NCBI GenBank assembly: GCA_044223005.1
Contig: JBGAML010000009.1
Span: 1 to 64,000, forward strand
Direction of reading: 5' to 3'
Origin: Candidatus Eiseniibacteriota bacterium
Lineage (GTDB): Bacteria; Eisenbacteria; RBG-16-71-46
DNA: 64,000 nt
Position numbers and translations under genes: made by a program. This document shows, one piece after another, positions 48,912 through 57,900 of the stretch. The notes under the pieces are model-generated. The model was not told where the DNA came from, did no database searches, and saw nothing but the letters and a program-made list of their open reading frames with translations. Each line of letters begins with the position of its first letter. Within the stretch, counting starts at the first letter, position 1.

Positions 48912-51900
48912 ACGCACGCTGGTGGTTCCCCCGCGCGTTCGCGGCCCTGGCCGCGACGCTGTTCGTCCTCGGCGTGGTGGTGTCCTCGGGCGCCGCGGGC
49001 CGCTCGAACGGGCCGGCGCGCGAGTGCTACGACTGCCACCAGAAATCCAAGGCCGAGTTCGGCAAGAAGAAGTTCATCCACGCGCCGATCAAGAAGGCCG
49101 ACTGCGCGAGCTGCCATGCGAGCCACGGCTTCTCGCAGAAGCTGGTGCTCGCGAAGCCGTCCGAGGAGCTGTGCATCGGCTGCCACGCGGACGTGATCAA
49201 GGCCACGACGGCGCCGCACCAGCACCCGGCGTTCAAGCGCGGTGACTGTCTCGCGTGCCACGATCCGCACGCGACCGACCGCCCGCACCTCGTGCGCGAC
49301 GACACGCCGCAGAACTGCTTCAACTGCCACACGTCGGCCAAGGCCGAGGCGGCCACCGCGCACGTGCACGAACCGTTCGCGAAGGGCGATTGCACGGCCT
49401 GCCACGCCTCGCATGCGGGCACGACGGCGGCGCTGCTCAAGCGGACCGACGACGGCCTGTGCACGGGCTGCCACGCCCTGGCGCAGATGGACGCCAAGCA
49501 CACGGGCAAGGGCCGCGGCGGCCTGCAGTGCCTCGATTGCCATTCGCCGCACGGCAGCGCGAAGGCCGGCCTGCTCCGCGCCGCGTCGCACCAGCCGGTC
49601 GCCGAGGGCAGCTGCGATGCCTGCCACGTGATGGAGGGCGGCAAGCCGACGGCCAAGCTGCAGGCGAGCAAGACCGAACTCTGCCAGACGTGCCACGAGG
49701 ACATGGCCAAGCTGTCGGCGCGCAAGCATCCGCACCAGCCGGCGGCCGAGGGCGAGTGCCTCGAGTGCCACGATCCGCACCGCAGCACGGCGGCGGGCTC
49801 GCTGCTCAAGGCGTCACCGAGCGAGCTCTGCATCGGCTGCCACGAGGACCTGAAGGCCGAACTCAAGAAGCCGGTCGTCCACAAGGCGTTCTCCGAAGGT
49901 CACTGCGCCGCCTGCCACGATCCGCACGGCTCGGACCAGGACCACATGATGAAGACGCCGGACGGCTCGGTGTGCCTCAAGTGCCACAAGGACGTCGAGC
50001 ACGACATCGCCGACGCCAAGGGCGCGCACCCGCCGGCCCTGCGCAAGGACTGCCTGCGCTGCCACGTCGCGCACTCGGGCACCGAGCACGCGCTGCTGCG
50101 GCAGCCGGAGAAGGTGCTGTGCGAGACCTGCCACGCGGCGACGGCCAAGAAGCTGGACGGCAAGACCAAGCACGCGCCGTTCGCGTCGGGTGACTGCGGC
50201 AACTGCCACTCGCCGCACGGTTCGCCGCAGCCGCACCTGGTGAAGGCGAACGACGGCGCGCTGTGCCTGGGCTGCCATGGCGACATGCAGCGCGAGTTCG
50301 CGCGCGAACACGTGCACCCGGGCCCGAAGGAAGGCCGCTGCCTGAGCTGCCACGCGCCGCACGGCGGCGAGGGCAAGGGCATGCTGGCGCGTCCGCCGGC
50401 CGAGCTCTGCGGCGGCTGCCACGCGCCGATCGCCAAGCGCATCGCCTCGACGGGAGCGCACTCGGCCGCGAAGCAGGGCAAGTGCGAAGCGTGCCACGAG
50501 CCGCACGGCTCGAAGGCGAAGTCGCTGCTGCGCGGCACGACCAAGCAGCTCTGCGCGAGCTGCCATCCGGACGTCGGCCACGGCGACAAGGTGCACCAGC
50601 CGGTCGCGGACGGGGACTGCCTCACGTGCCACGACGCGCACGGCGGCCCGGCGGCTCCGGCGCTCGCCAAGGCGGTGCCGGCGCTGTGCACGGACTGCCA
50701 CGACGGGACGGCGTCGGACATGAAGTCGAAGCACCGCGGCAGCGACGTGTCGAACGCGAACTGCCTCGGCTGCCACTCCGCGCACGAATCGAAGTCGGCG
50801 GCGCTGCAGCCGGCGGTGGTGCATCCGGGATTCGCCGAGGGCAAGTGCGAGAAGTGCCATTCGGGCGCCTCGCCCTCCAAGGCGAACCTGCTCGCGCCGG
50901 GCGGCGCGCTGTGCGTGCGCTGCCACGACGTGTCCAAGGTGAAGACGGCGGGCGACCACATCCACGACCCGGTGAAGAAGCTGCAGTGCCTGACCTGCCA
51001 CGCGCCGCACGCGTCGGCCCAGCCGAAGCTGCTGGTGGCGAAGTCGGACCAGCTCTGCGCGTCCTGCCACAAGGAGACGTCGGGAGCGGGGCAGCGGAAG
51101 TTCCCGCACGCTCCGGTCGCGAACGGCGAGTGCAGCAAGTGCCACGAGCCGCATCGCGCGCCGGGCGGCGGCATCGCGCTGCTCAAGAAGCGTCCGGGCG
51201 AGATGTGCGGCGACTGCCACCAGGACCTGGCGAAGCGGATCGCGGCGGGCAACGCGCACGCGCCGGCGGCCCGTGGCCAGTGCCTGACCTGCCACGACAG
51301 CCACGGCTCTGACCTGCCGGGCATGACGCGCCGCCCGGGCAGCGCGCTCTGCGCGGCGTGCCACAAGCTCGACGATCCGAAGCTGACGGCGAAGCATCCG
51401 GGGATGTCGATGGCGACGGTCAACTGCATCAGCTGCCACGACCCGCACGCGCAGGACAAGACGAGCAAGGCGCTGCTCCGGCCGGCGATCCACCTGCCGT
51501 TCTCGCGCGGCGAATGCGAGTCCTGCCACACGTCGAAGGGCAGCGCGAAGCTGCAGGCGACGGGGGCGGAGCTCTGCGTGACCTGCCACGAATCGGGTGG
51601 CTGGAAGGGCCGCAAGTACACGCACCAGCCAGTGACGAACGGCCCGCAGTGCCTGAACTGCCACGCGCCCCACGGTGGCGTGGCGCGCCCGATCCTGAAG
51701 GCGGCGGGTGACGAACTCTGCTTCGGCTGCCACGACCGCGCGATGGTCGAGGGCAAGGTGAAGCACAAGGCGCTCGAGAAGGGCTGCGTGAGCTGCCACG
51801 ACGCGCACGGCTCGGCGGATCCGGGAATGCTGAAGGCGGCCTCGGTCGACGATCTCTGCCGCAAGTGCCACACGGACCTCGCGAAGCACTACCACAAGAC

Positions 51901-52057
51901 GTCGAGCGAACGCCTGGACCCGTCGGGCAAGCCGCTCCGCTGCACGAGCTGTCACAACCCGCACTCGGCGCCGTTCGACGCGCTCCTCAACCACGACGCG
52001 AAACGCGACCTCTGCGTCCAATGCCACGACCCGGCCCAGATGCCCGGCGGCAAGTGA
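48908..52057 (+). CDS. Giant 42-heme cytochrome c (paired CxxCH repeat family)
   Basis: 42 CxxCH counted by hand in 1049 aa; repeat HxP...CxxCHxxH...LCxxCH; TTG start overlapping the upstream stop; N-terminal leader. Confidence 0.93.
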   Translation: MNARWWFPRAFAALAATLFVLGVVVSSGAAGRSNGPARECYDCHQKSKAEFGKKKFIHAPIKKADCASCHASHGFSQKLVLAKPSEELCIGCHADVIKATTAPHQHPAFKRGDCLACHDPHATDRPHLVRDDTPQNCFNCHTSAKAEAATAHVHEPFAKGDCTACHASHAGTTAALLKRTDDGLCTGCHALAQMDAKHTGKGRGGLQCLDCHSPHGSAKAGLLRAASHQPVAEGSCDACHVMEGGKPTAKLQASKTELCQTCHEDMAKLSARKHPHQPAAEGECLECHDPHRSTAAGSLLKASPSELCIGCHEDLKAELKKPVVHKAFSEGHCAACHDPHGSDQDHMMKTPDGSVCLKCHKDVEHDIADAKGAHPPALRKDCLRCHVAHSGTEHALLRQPEKVLCETCHAATAKKLDGKTKHAPFASGDCGNCHSPHGSPQPHLVKANDGALCLGCHGDMQREFAREHVHPGPKEGRCLSCHAPHGGEGKGMLARPPAELCGGCHAPIAKRIASTGAHSAAKQGKCEACHEPHGSKAKSLLRGTTKQLCASCHPDVGHGDKVHQPVADGDCLTCHDAHGGPAAPALAKAVPALCTDCHDGTASDMKSKHRGSDVSNANCLGCHSAHESKSAALQPAVVHPGFAEGKCEKCHSGASPSKANLLAPGGALCVRCHDVSKVKTAGDHIHDPVKKLQCLTCHAPHASAQPKLLVAKSDQLCASCHKETSGAGQRKFPHAPVANGECSKCHEPHRAPGGGIALLKKRPGEMCGDCHQDLAKRIAAGNAHAPAARGQCLTCHDSHGSDLPGMTRRPGSALCAACHKLDDPKLTAKHPGMSMATVNCISCHDPHAQDKTSKALLRPAIHLPFSRGECESCHTSKGSAKLQATGAELCVTCHESGGWKGRKYTHQPVTNGPQCLNCHAPHGGVARPILKAAGDELCFGCHDRAMVEGKVKHKALEKGCVSCHDAHGSADPGMLKAASVDDLCRKCHTDLAKHYHKTSSERLDPSGKPLRCTSCHNPHSAPFDALLNHDAKRDLCVQCHDPAQMPGGK

Positions 52058-52087
52058 CCGCGACGCACTGACGTCCCGCAACGCACG

Positions 52088-52120
52088 ACGGCCACCGTTC
52101 CCCGGAACGGTGGCCGTTTC
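52088..52120 (+). terminator. Intrinsic terminator of the cytochrome operon
   Basis: ACGGCCACCGTTC-CCCG-GAACGGTGGCCGT-TTC, 30 nt after the stop. Confidence 0.75.
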
Positions 52121-52136
52121 GCGGCTCGGGAGGCTC

Positions 52137-52185
52137 ACTGCTCGAGAACGTGACGTCGCTCTACTGCTCGAGAGCGTGACGTCGC
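52137..52185 (+). repeat. Two 23-bp tandem direct repeats (26-bp period)
   Basis: ACTGCTCGAGA(A/G)CGTGACGTCGC at 52137 and 52163. Confidence 0.8.
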
Positions 52186-52197
52186 ACCGCCCCCCCC

Positions 52198-52347
52198 GGT
52201 CCGAGGCGGCCGGGGGACCGCTGAAGGGACCGCTCCTCGTCCGGCATCCTGCCGGACTCGTCACTAGGCGTCCGCATGCGACCGCCATCCCTGGCTCCTT
52301 CGCATGCTCCCGACTTCCCTTCATCGGCCCCCCGGCCGCCTCGGACC
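52198..52347 (-). repeat. 150-nt structured element, copy A
   Basis: 134/150 identical to the reverse complement of 52531..52680; long terminal stem plus two inner hairpins. Confidence 0.9.
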
Positions 52348-52530
52348 TGCCGCCCCACCACTTCACTGCGCATTGGCTGCAGGCTCTGGCGCGCGCGTCA
52401 TCGCAGCGATCGGGGCTCACCAGTGCGCATGCCGACCGCATCGTCGCACCTGTCGCGCGCTGTACCTCGGCGCATCAGCGAAGCGGCGGTGCTTGCCTGC
52501 AGCCGATTCCGAAGTGGGGGTGGGGACGCA

Positions 52531-52680
52531 GGTCCGAGGTGCCCGGGGGTCCGATGGAGGGAAGTCGGGAGCGAGCGAAGGAGCCAGGGATGGCGGTCGC
52601 TCGCGTACGCCTAGTGACGAGCACGGCAGGATGCCGTGCGAGGAGCGGTCCCTCCAGCGGACCCCCGGGCGCCTCGGACC
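52531..52680 (+). repeat. 150-nt structured element, copy B (candidate ncRNA or MITE/REP-like)
   Basis: Compensatory substitutions relative to copy A; GGA-containing hairpin loops on this strand. Confidence 0.9.
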
Positions 52681-52766
52681 GGGGGGCGGTGCGACGCCGC
52701 GCTCTCGGGTGGTTCTGAATCGAGGTGCGCCCTCAGCGAGAACATCAGCCCATGACCGCAAACGCA

Positions 52767-52796
52767 ACGGGCCGCCTCGGTTGCGAGGCGGCCCGT
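52767..52796 (-). terminator. Terminator-like hairpin of the cohesin/dockerin operon
   Basis: 13-bp stem ACGGGCCGCCTCG/CGAGGCGGCCCGT followed on the minus strand by TGCGTTT. Confidence 0.65.
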
Positions 52797-52818
52797 CGAG
52801 GGTGTGCAGGAAGCTGCG

Positions 52819-54888
52819 TCAGGGCATGTAGGTCAGTTTCTGCGTTGCGATGCGGCCCTGGTGCTCGAGGCGGGTGAAGTAGAGGCCTGCCGGGACGAGG
52901 TGGCCCGTGTCGTCGCGGCCGTTCCAGGTGGACTCGTGCGGGCCCGGGGCGAACGGGCCGTCGGCCAGGGTGCGGATGCGGCGGCCGTCGAGGCCGAAGA
53001 TCGCCAGCTGCACGCGGCCGCCCTGCGTCCCGATCGAGAACGGGATCCGGATGCCGTCACCGCGGGCCGGGTTCGGTTCGCTCGTGCGCAGTGCGAACTC
53101 CGCCGTCGTCCCGACCGGAGGCGCGTCCGCGCTCGACAACACGTGAACCGTTCCGTTCACGATCTGCGGAATCGGCGAGCCCTCGTTGAAGACCAGCCGT
53201 GCGAGCGACACCGTGATGTTCGTGCCCGACGGCGCCGACGGCGAGATCACCAGGTTCACCGAGCCCAGCAGCGTGCTCGTGTTCGGCAGCGTCGCCACGC
53301 CGCCCGCGGCGCAGTCCAGTTCCGTGAGGCCGTTGTCGAAGTGCGACTGGATGTTGCCCAGGCCCCACGAACTCCAGAGGCCCGAGGGCGACGCGACGCC
53401 GTTCGTGATGTTCGCGCCCGTCCAGTCGATCGCGAACTGCATCGAGTAGATGTTGAGCGAACCCACCGTGCGATCCGACGTGATCGGCAGGATCACCGTC
53501 GAGCCCGGAGGCGCGTTCACGGAGCCCAGCGTCACCTTGAGATCGTAGATCGTCAGGTTGTTCGTGTAGTCGACCGAGCCGTTCGCGTCCTGCACCCGCA
53601 CGCGCGTCACGCCGCCCTTCACCGCCGTGAGCAGGCCGGTGGGGGAGATCGTGGCCAACGTCGGATCCTCGACCGACCACGTGAGCGGAGCCGTTGCGCC
53701 GCTCACCGTGTATTGCTGCGTCTGGCCCGCGAGCAGCGTCACGTTGTCGGGGGACGCGAAGATCGTCGGGAGCGCACCGACGGAGAAGAAGCCGTTGGTC
53801 GCCTTGGCCGGCATCGTCTCGTTGAAGACCGGGTTGACGAACGTCAGGCTCGAAGACCCGGCACTCGTGGGCGATGCCTGCAGGTTCAGGTAGCACAGGA
53901 TGCCCGAACCCGAGAGGTCCGTGCTGCCGGTGAAATCCACCGAGCAGCCATTCGACGTGGCCGCGGCAAAGATCGGGCCCCAGCCGTTGAGCAGCGTGCC
54001 CGGCGGCGCCGTCACGCTGACGAAGCTCGCGACGTTCGTGCCCCACGTGAGGCTGAACTGGCCGCTGCGGATGCCGAGTCCGGTGAGCGACGTCACGGTG
54101 ATCGGGATCGCGAGCGGCTGGCCCACGAGCACGTTGACCGTCGTCGAGGTGATGCCCATGCCACGGATCAGCACCGTGCCCGTCGTGGTGCTGGCGTGAA
54201 GCGCGGCATCGGTGGCCGTGACCGTCACCGCGCCCGGCGCGACGCCCGTGAGCAGGCCCGAACTCGAGATGGTGGCGATCGCCGGGTTCGACGTGCTCCA
54301 CGTGACCGGATTGGTGACGCTGCCGCTGACGTTGAACTGCAGCGTCTGGCCGCGGATCACCTCGCCGAGGTCGGGGTAGACGTCGATCTGGGGCGTCACG
54401 TTGATCGTGATCGAGCCCGTCGTGGTGGTCACCGTCGGCGAGCCCTCGTTGAACTTGAAGTTCGAGAGCGTGAGCGACGTGCTGCCGCCGTTCAGCAGGG
54501 CCGGGTTGAGCAGGAAGCTGACCCGCACCATCGAGCCCGCGCCCGTCAGCGGCGTGGTGCCGGCGTCGCTCACCGTCACCTTACCCGTGTTGCTGACGGA
54601 GGAGACGAAGAACTGCGGGGTCTGCCAGCCGGCGGTGCCGGCGAGCGTGCCCGTGTTGATCACGTCGACGGCGGTCACCTGTGAGCTGTTGTAGCTGAGG
54701 TCGAACTGCAGGGACAGGATGCCCTGTCCGGTCACGTCCGCGGTGTTGATGTCGATGTTGACCGTCTGCCCGGCCAGCCCGTTTCCGGTGCCGACCGAGA
54801 CCGCGACGGCTCGGGCCGTGCCGGTGCCGGCGGCCGTGGCCGCCAGCACCAGCAGGAACCCCAGCGCCCAGGCGCGAAGTCGGAGCAT
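52819..54888 (-). CDS. Scaffoldin-like secreted protein: cohesin-Big2-cohesin-Big2-cohesin-FlgD-Ig
   Basis: Three modules like GxTVxIPI...I.SxQFxLxY/W...LTxxxxxFNE; two VTWSTSNPAIATISSSGLLT-type Big_2 domains; GAGGAGG RBS. Confidence 0.8.
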   Translation of the reverse strand: MLRLRAWALGFLLVLAATAAGTGTARAVAVSVGTGNGLAGQTVNIDINTADVTGQGILSLQFDLSYNSSQVTAVDVINTGTLAGTAGWQTPQFFVSSVSNTGKVTVSDAGTTPLTGAGSMVRVSFLLNPALLNGGSTSLTLSNFKFNEGSPTVTTTTGSITINVTPQIDVYPDLGEVIRGQTLQFNVSGSVTNPVTWSTSNPAIATISSSGLLTGVAPGAVTVTATDAALHASTTTGTVLIRGMGITSTTVNVLVGQPLAIPITVTSLTGLGIRSGQFSLTWGTNVASFVSVTAPPGTLLNGWGPIFAAATSNGCSVDFTGSTDLSGSGILCYLNLQASPTSAGSSSLTFVNPVFNETMPAKATNGFFSVGALPTIFASPDNVTLLAGQTQQYTVSGATAPLTWSVEDPTLATISPTGLLTAVKGGVTRVRVQDANGSVDYTNNLTIYDLKVTLGSVNAPPGSTVILPITSDRTVGSLNIYSMQFAIDWTGANITNGVASPSGLWSSWGLGNIQSHFDNGLTELDCAAGGVATLPNTSTLLGSVNLVISPSAPSGTNITVSLARLVFNEGSPIPQIVNGTVHVLSSADAPPVGTTAEFALRTSEPNPARGDGIRIPFSIGTQGGRVQLAIFGLDGRRIRTLADGPFAPGPHESTWNGRDDTGHLVPAGLYFTRLEHQGRIATQKLTYMP

Positions 54889-54913
54889 GGATTCGTCCTC
54901 CTCGTCGCGCCGG

Positions 54914-57900
54914 TCAGCGAACCACGATGAGCCGCTGGTGGAACGCCTGCGAACCGAGGCGCGCCTGGACGAAGTACATGCCCGCGCGGACCGGGCGGCC
55001 ATCGCCGTCCGTGAGGTCCCACCGCAGCGAGTGCTCGCCCGGCGTCATCGCGCCGTCCACGAGCGTGCGCAGCGTGCGGCCGGCCACGTCCAGAACGCGC
55101 ACCGACGCCCGCGGCGCATCCGCCATCGAGACGCCGAACGCCAGCGTGACGGGCTCGCGCGCCGGGTTCTGCGACGGCCGGCCGAGGAAGCTGACCTGCG
55201 GCGCCGCCGGCGGCGTCACCGACTCCTGCACGATCGTGTCATTGACGCGCGCGAACGCGAGGGTCGGCGCGCGGAACTCGCCGGCGCCGGCGGGGAAGCG
55301 CAGCACCACCACGTCGCCCGACCCGAGCGGGTCGGCCGACGCCATGGCCACGAAACCCTTGCCGTCGCGGACCGCGAACGCGTCGATCGCGTGGCTGGCG
55401 TCCGAGGGCGTGGCGCCCGAAAGCGTCGCCGCGTTGCCACCGGTCAGCGTGAGTTCGAGCGAGTAGGCCGGCACCGTGCCGCTCACCGCGACCGGCACGA
55501 GCCACTCGTCGCCCGAGCGCTGGGCCGCGCCCAGGGCGACCGTGAAGCGTCCCTGCGAGCGGCGCACGAACTCGCGCGCGGCGAGCACGTCCGCGTCCGC
55601 CTGGCGGGCGCCGTTGGAGAGCGCCGGGAACGCGCGGATCTTGTTCGCGACCAGCTGCAGGATCAGCGTGCCGTCGAACGCCGTGATGCCGCTCGTGGCA
55701 CTGACATCGGCGACCAGCTTCTGCAGCGGGTTGAACACGATGCTGCTGACCGTGTACTGCAGCAGGAGCGAGGCGTCGTACGCCATGACCTGGCCGTTCA
55801 GGCTGCAGTCCCCGAGCAGCGGGTTGATGAGGCCCGAGCTGGCGTAGGGCGCGTAGTCGACGTTGTTGCTCACGACGTCGCCCGAGCCGGCGTTGGTGGC
55901 CGAGCCACAGAGATCCGCCGTGGCCGAAGCGTCCGCCGGGCCGTTCGCGGCTCCCCACCAGCAGCCCTCGGCCGAGACGCAGAACGAGGCGCCGGTATTG
56001 TTGATGCCGTAGTAGTAGTTGCCGTAGAAGCTGGAGCCGCGCACCAGCGGATTGCTCGAGCCTTCCGCCGAGATGCCGACGTTGTTGTAGGCGAAGAGGC
56101 ACGAGTCCACGGTGGGAGCCGAGCTCACGCAGCGAAGAGCGCCCTGGGTGCTGGACGCGCTGCCGTAGCGGAAGACGCAGTTCTTGAAGTTGACCTGCGG
56201 ATCGATCGCCGTGCCCTCGACCGTCACGTAGTTCCAGTCGCCGGGCGCGGGCGAGGTGTAGGTCGAATCGTTGTTCGAATCGCCGCCGTAGAAGTCGTCG
56301 CGGTAGGACGTGAAGACGACCAGGCTCTCGGGAACCGTGCGGCCGATCGAGGTGAACGCGCGCTGGATGTCGATCGTGCCACTGTAGCCCTTGACGATCA
56401 CGCCCGGCTGCATTGTGAGCGTGGCTCCGAGGCCGACCGTGAGCAGGCCGTTCAGGAAGAACGGCATGTTCTGGCGTCCGGCCACCGGCCGGACCTTCCA
56501 CAGCACGTCCTGCGCGATGTTCTCCGTGATCACACCCAGCGCCGTATAGGCATTGCCCTGGAAGCGGCAGTTGTTGAAGACCGGGTCACTGACCAGCGAG
56601 AGGTAGACCGGCGTACCGGTGATGTTGGCCGTGGTGGAATCGAAGTCGACGCTGTTGAAGGTCGGTGTCGAGGCGCCCGCGATCGTGGCGCCCGTGACAT
56701 AGCTCCGGGTGATCTGGGTGTTCGAGATCGTCGGGCCGGCGCTCGAGAAATACAGCGCGCCGCCCGAGTTGCCTGCGTAACGGATGCGGCAGTAGTTCAT
56801 CAGGGTCGCGGCGTCATTGCTCACCGGCTCGAACTGGATGCCGTACCACTGTCCCGGGGCGGGCAGCGTGGCGGCGCCGTCCCCCATGACGTCCTGCCCG
56901 AAGGCGTCGTCGGCCAGGGACGTGAACATGATCAGGCTGTCGAGCTTCCCGTTCGCGTAGAGCGTTCCGAAGATGTCGATCCAGTTGCCGGTCGGGTCGG
57001 CGTAGAGCCGCCCGGACTTGATCACGACGCCGGGGTTGATCGTCCACTTGGCGCCGAACGCGATCGTGACGTTGCCGGCCAGGATGTAGTTCAGGTTCGA
57101 GAAGGGGCCGATCTTGCCCACGCCCAGCAGGACGTCCTGCGCGATCGTCTCGCCCAGGATGCCCAGGCCGAGGTAGGCGTTGTTCGCGAACGTCATGGTC
57201 TGGCCGTAGGTCGGGTGGCTGATCAACGACGTGACGATCGGCAGCTGCGTGCAGTTGAGGATGTTCAGCGAGTCGATCGACGGCGTCGAGTTGCCCGCGA
57301 TCGTGAACGCCGTGGCGTTCTGGAAGAACTCGAGATTCGCGCAGCGCGGGCCGGCGCTCTGGCAGCTGATGACGCCACTCGTGTTGCCGCCCGAGCCGCC
57401 GAACTGAAACTTCACGTTGCGGATCACGCACGAGGCGTCCACCGACGTGTCCTCGAACAGGAGGCGTCCCCAGTTGCCGGCGTTCGGCAGCGTGCTGCTC
57501 AGCGGGGTCGTGTCACCCGCGATCGCGTCGTCGTACATCGACGTCACGAAGATGCGGTTGGTTCCGTTGTCGCTGCCGACCATGTTCAGCGCGCCGAAGA
57601 CGTCGAACAGCGCGTACGAGCTGTTCGGCTTGATCACGACCTGGGGGGCGATCGAGAGCGTGACACCGCTCGCGACCGTGATGGTGCCGGTCGGGAGGTA
57701 CGCGAACGTGGGGCTCGCCGGATTGCCGACGTTGGGCCGGTACTTGAGCAGCGCGTTCTGCGACAGCGTCTCGCTGATCAGCGCCAGCGCGTTGTAGGTG
57801 TTGGTCGTGTAGGTGTTGTTGGTGGCGATCTGGGGGTCGGACAGCACGCTCATGACGATCGGCGCGGCGCCCAGGTTGTCGAACGTGTTCGCGCTGATCA

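Noticed and set aside
49027..52441. Minus-strand ORFs with periodic WQ/WH repeats
   Set aside because: Reverse complement of TGCCAC (Cys-His) codons of the 42-heme gene
52110..52831. ORFs across the inverted repeat region
   Set aside because: Substitution pattern follows base pairing rather than codons; no RBS or host-like codon bias
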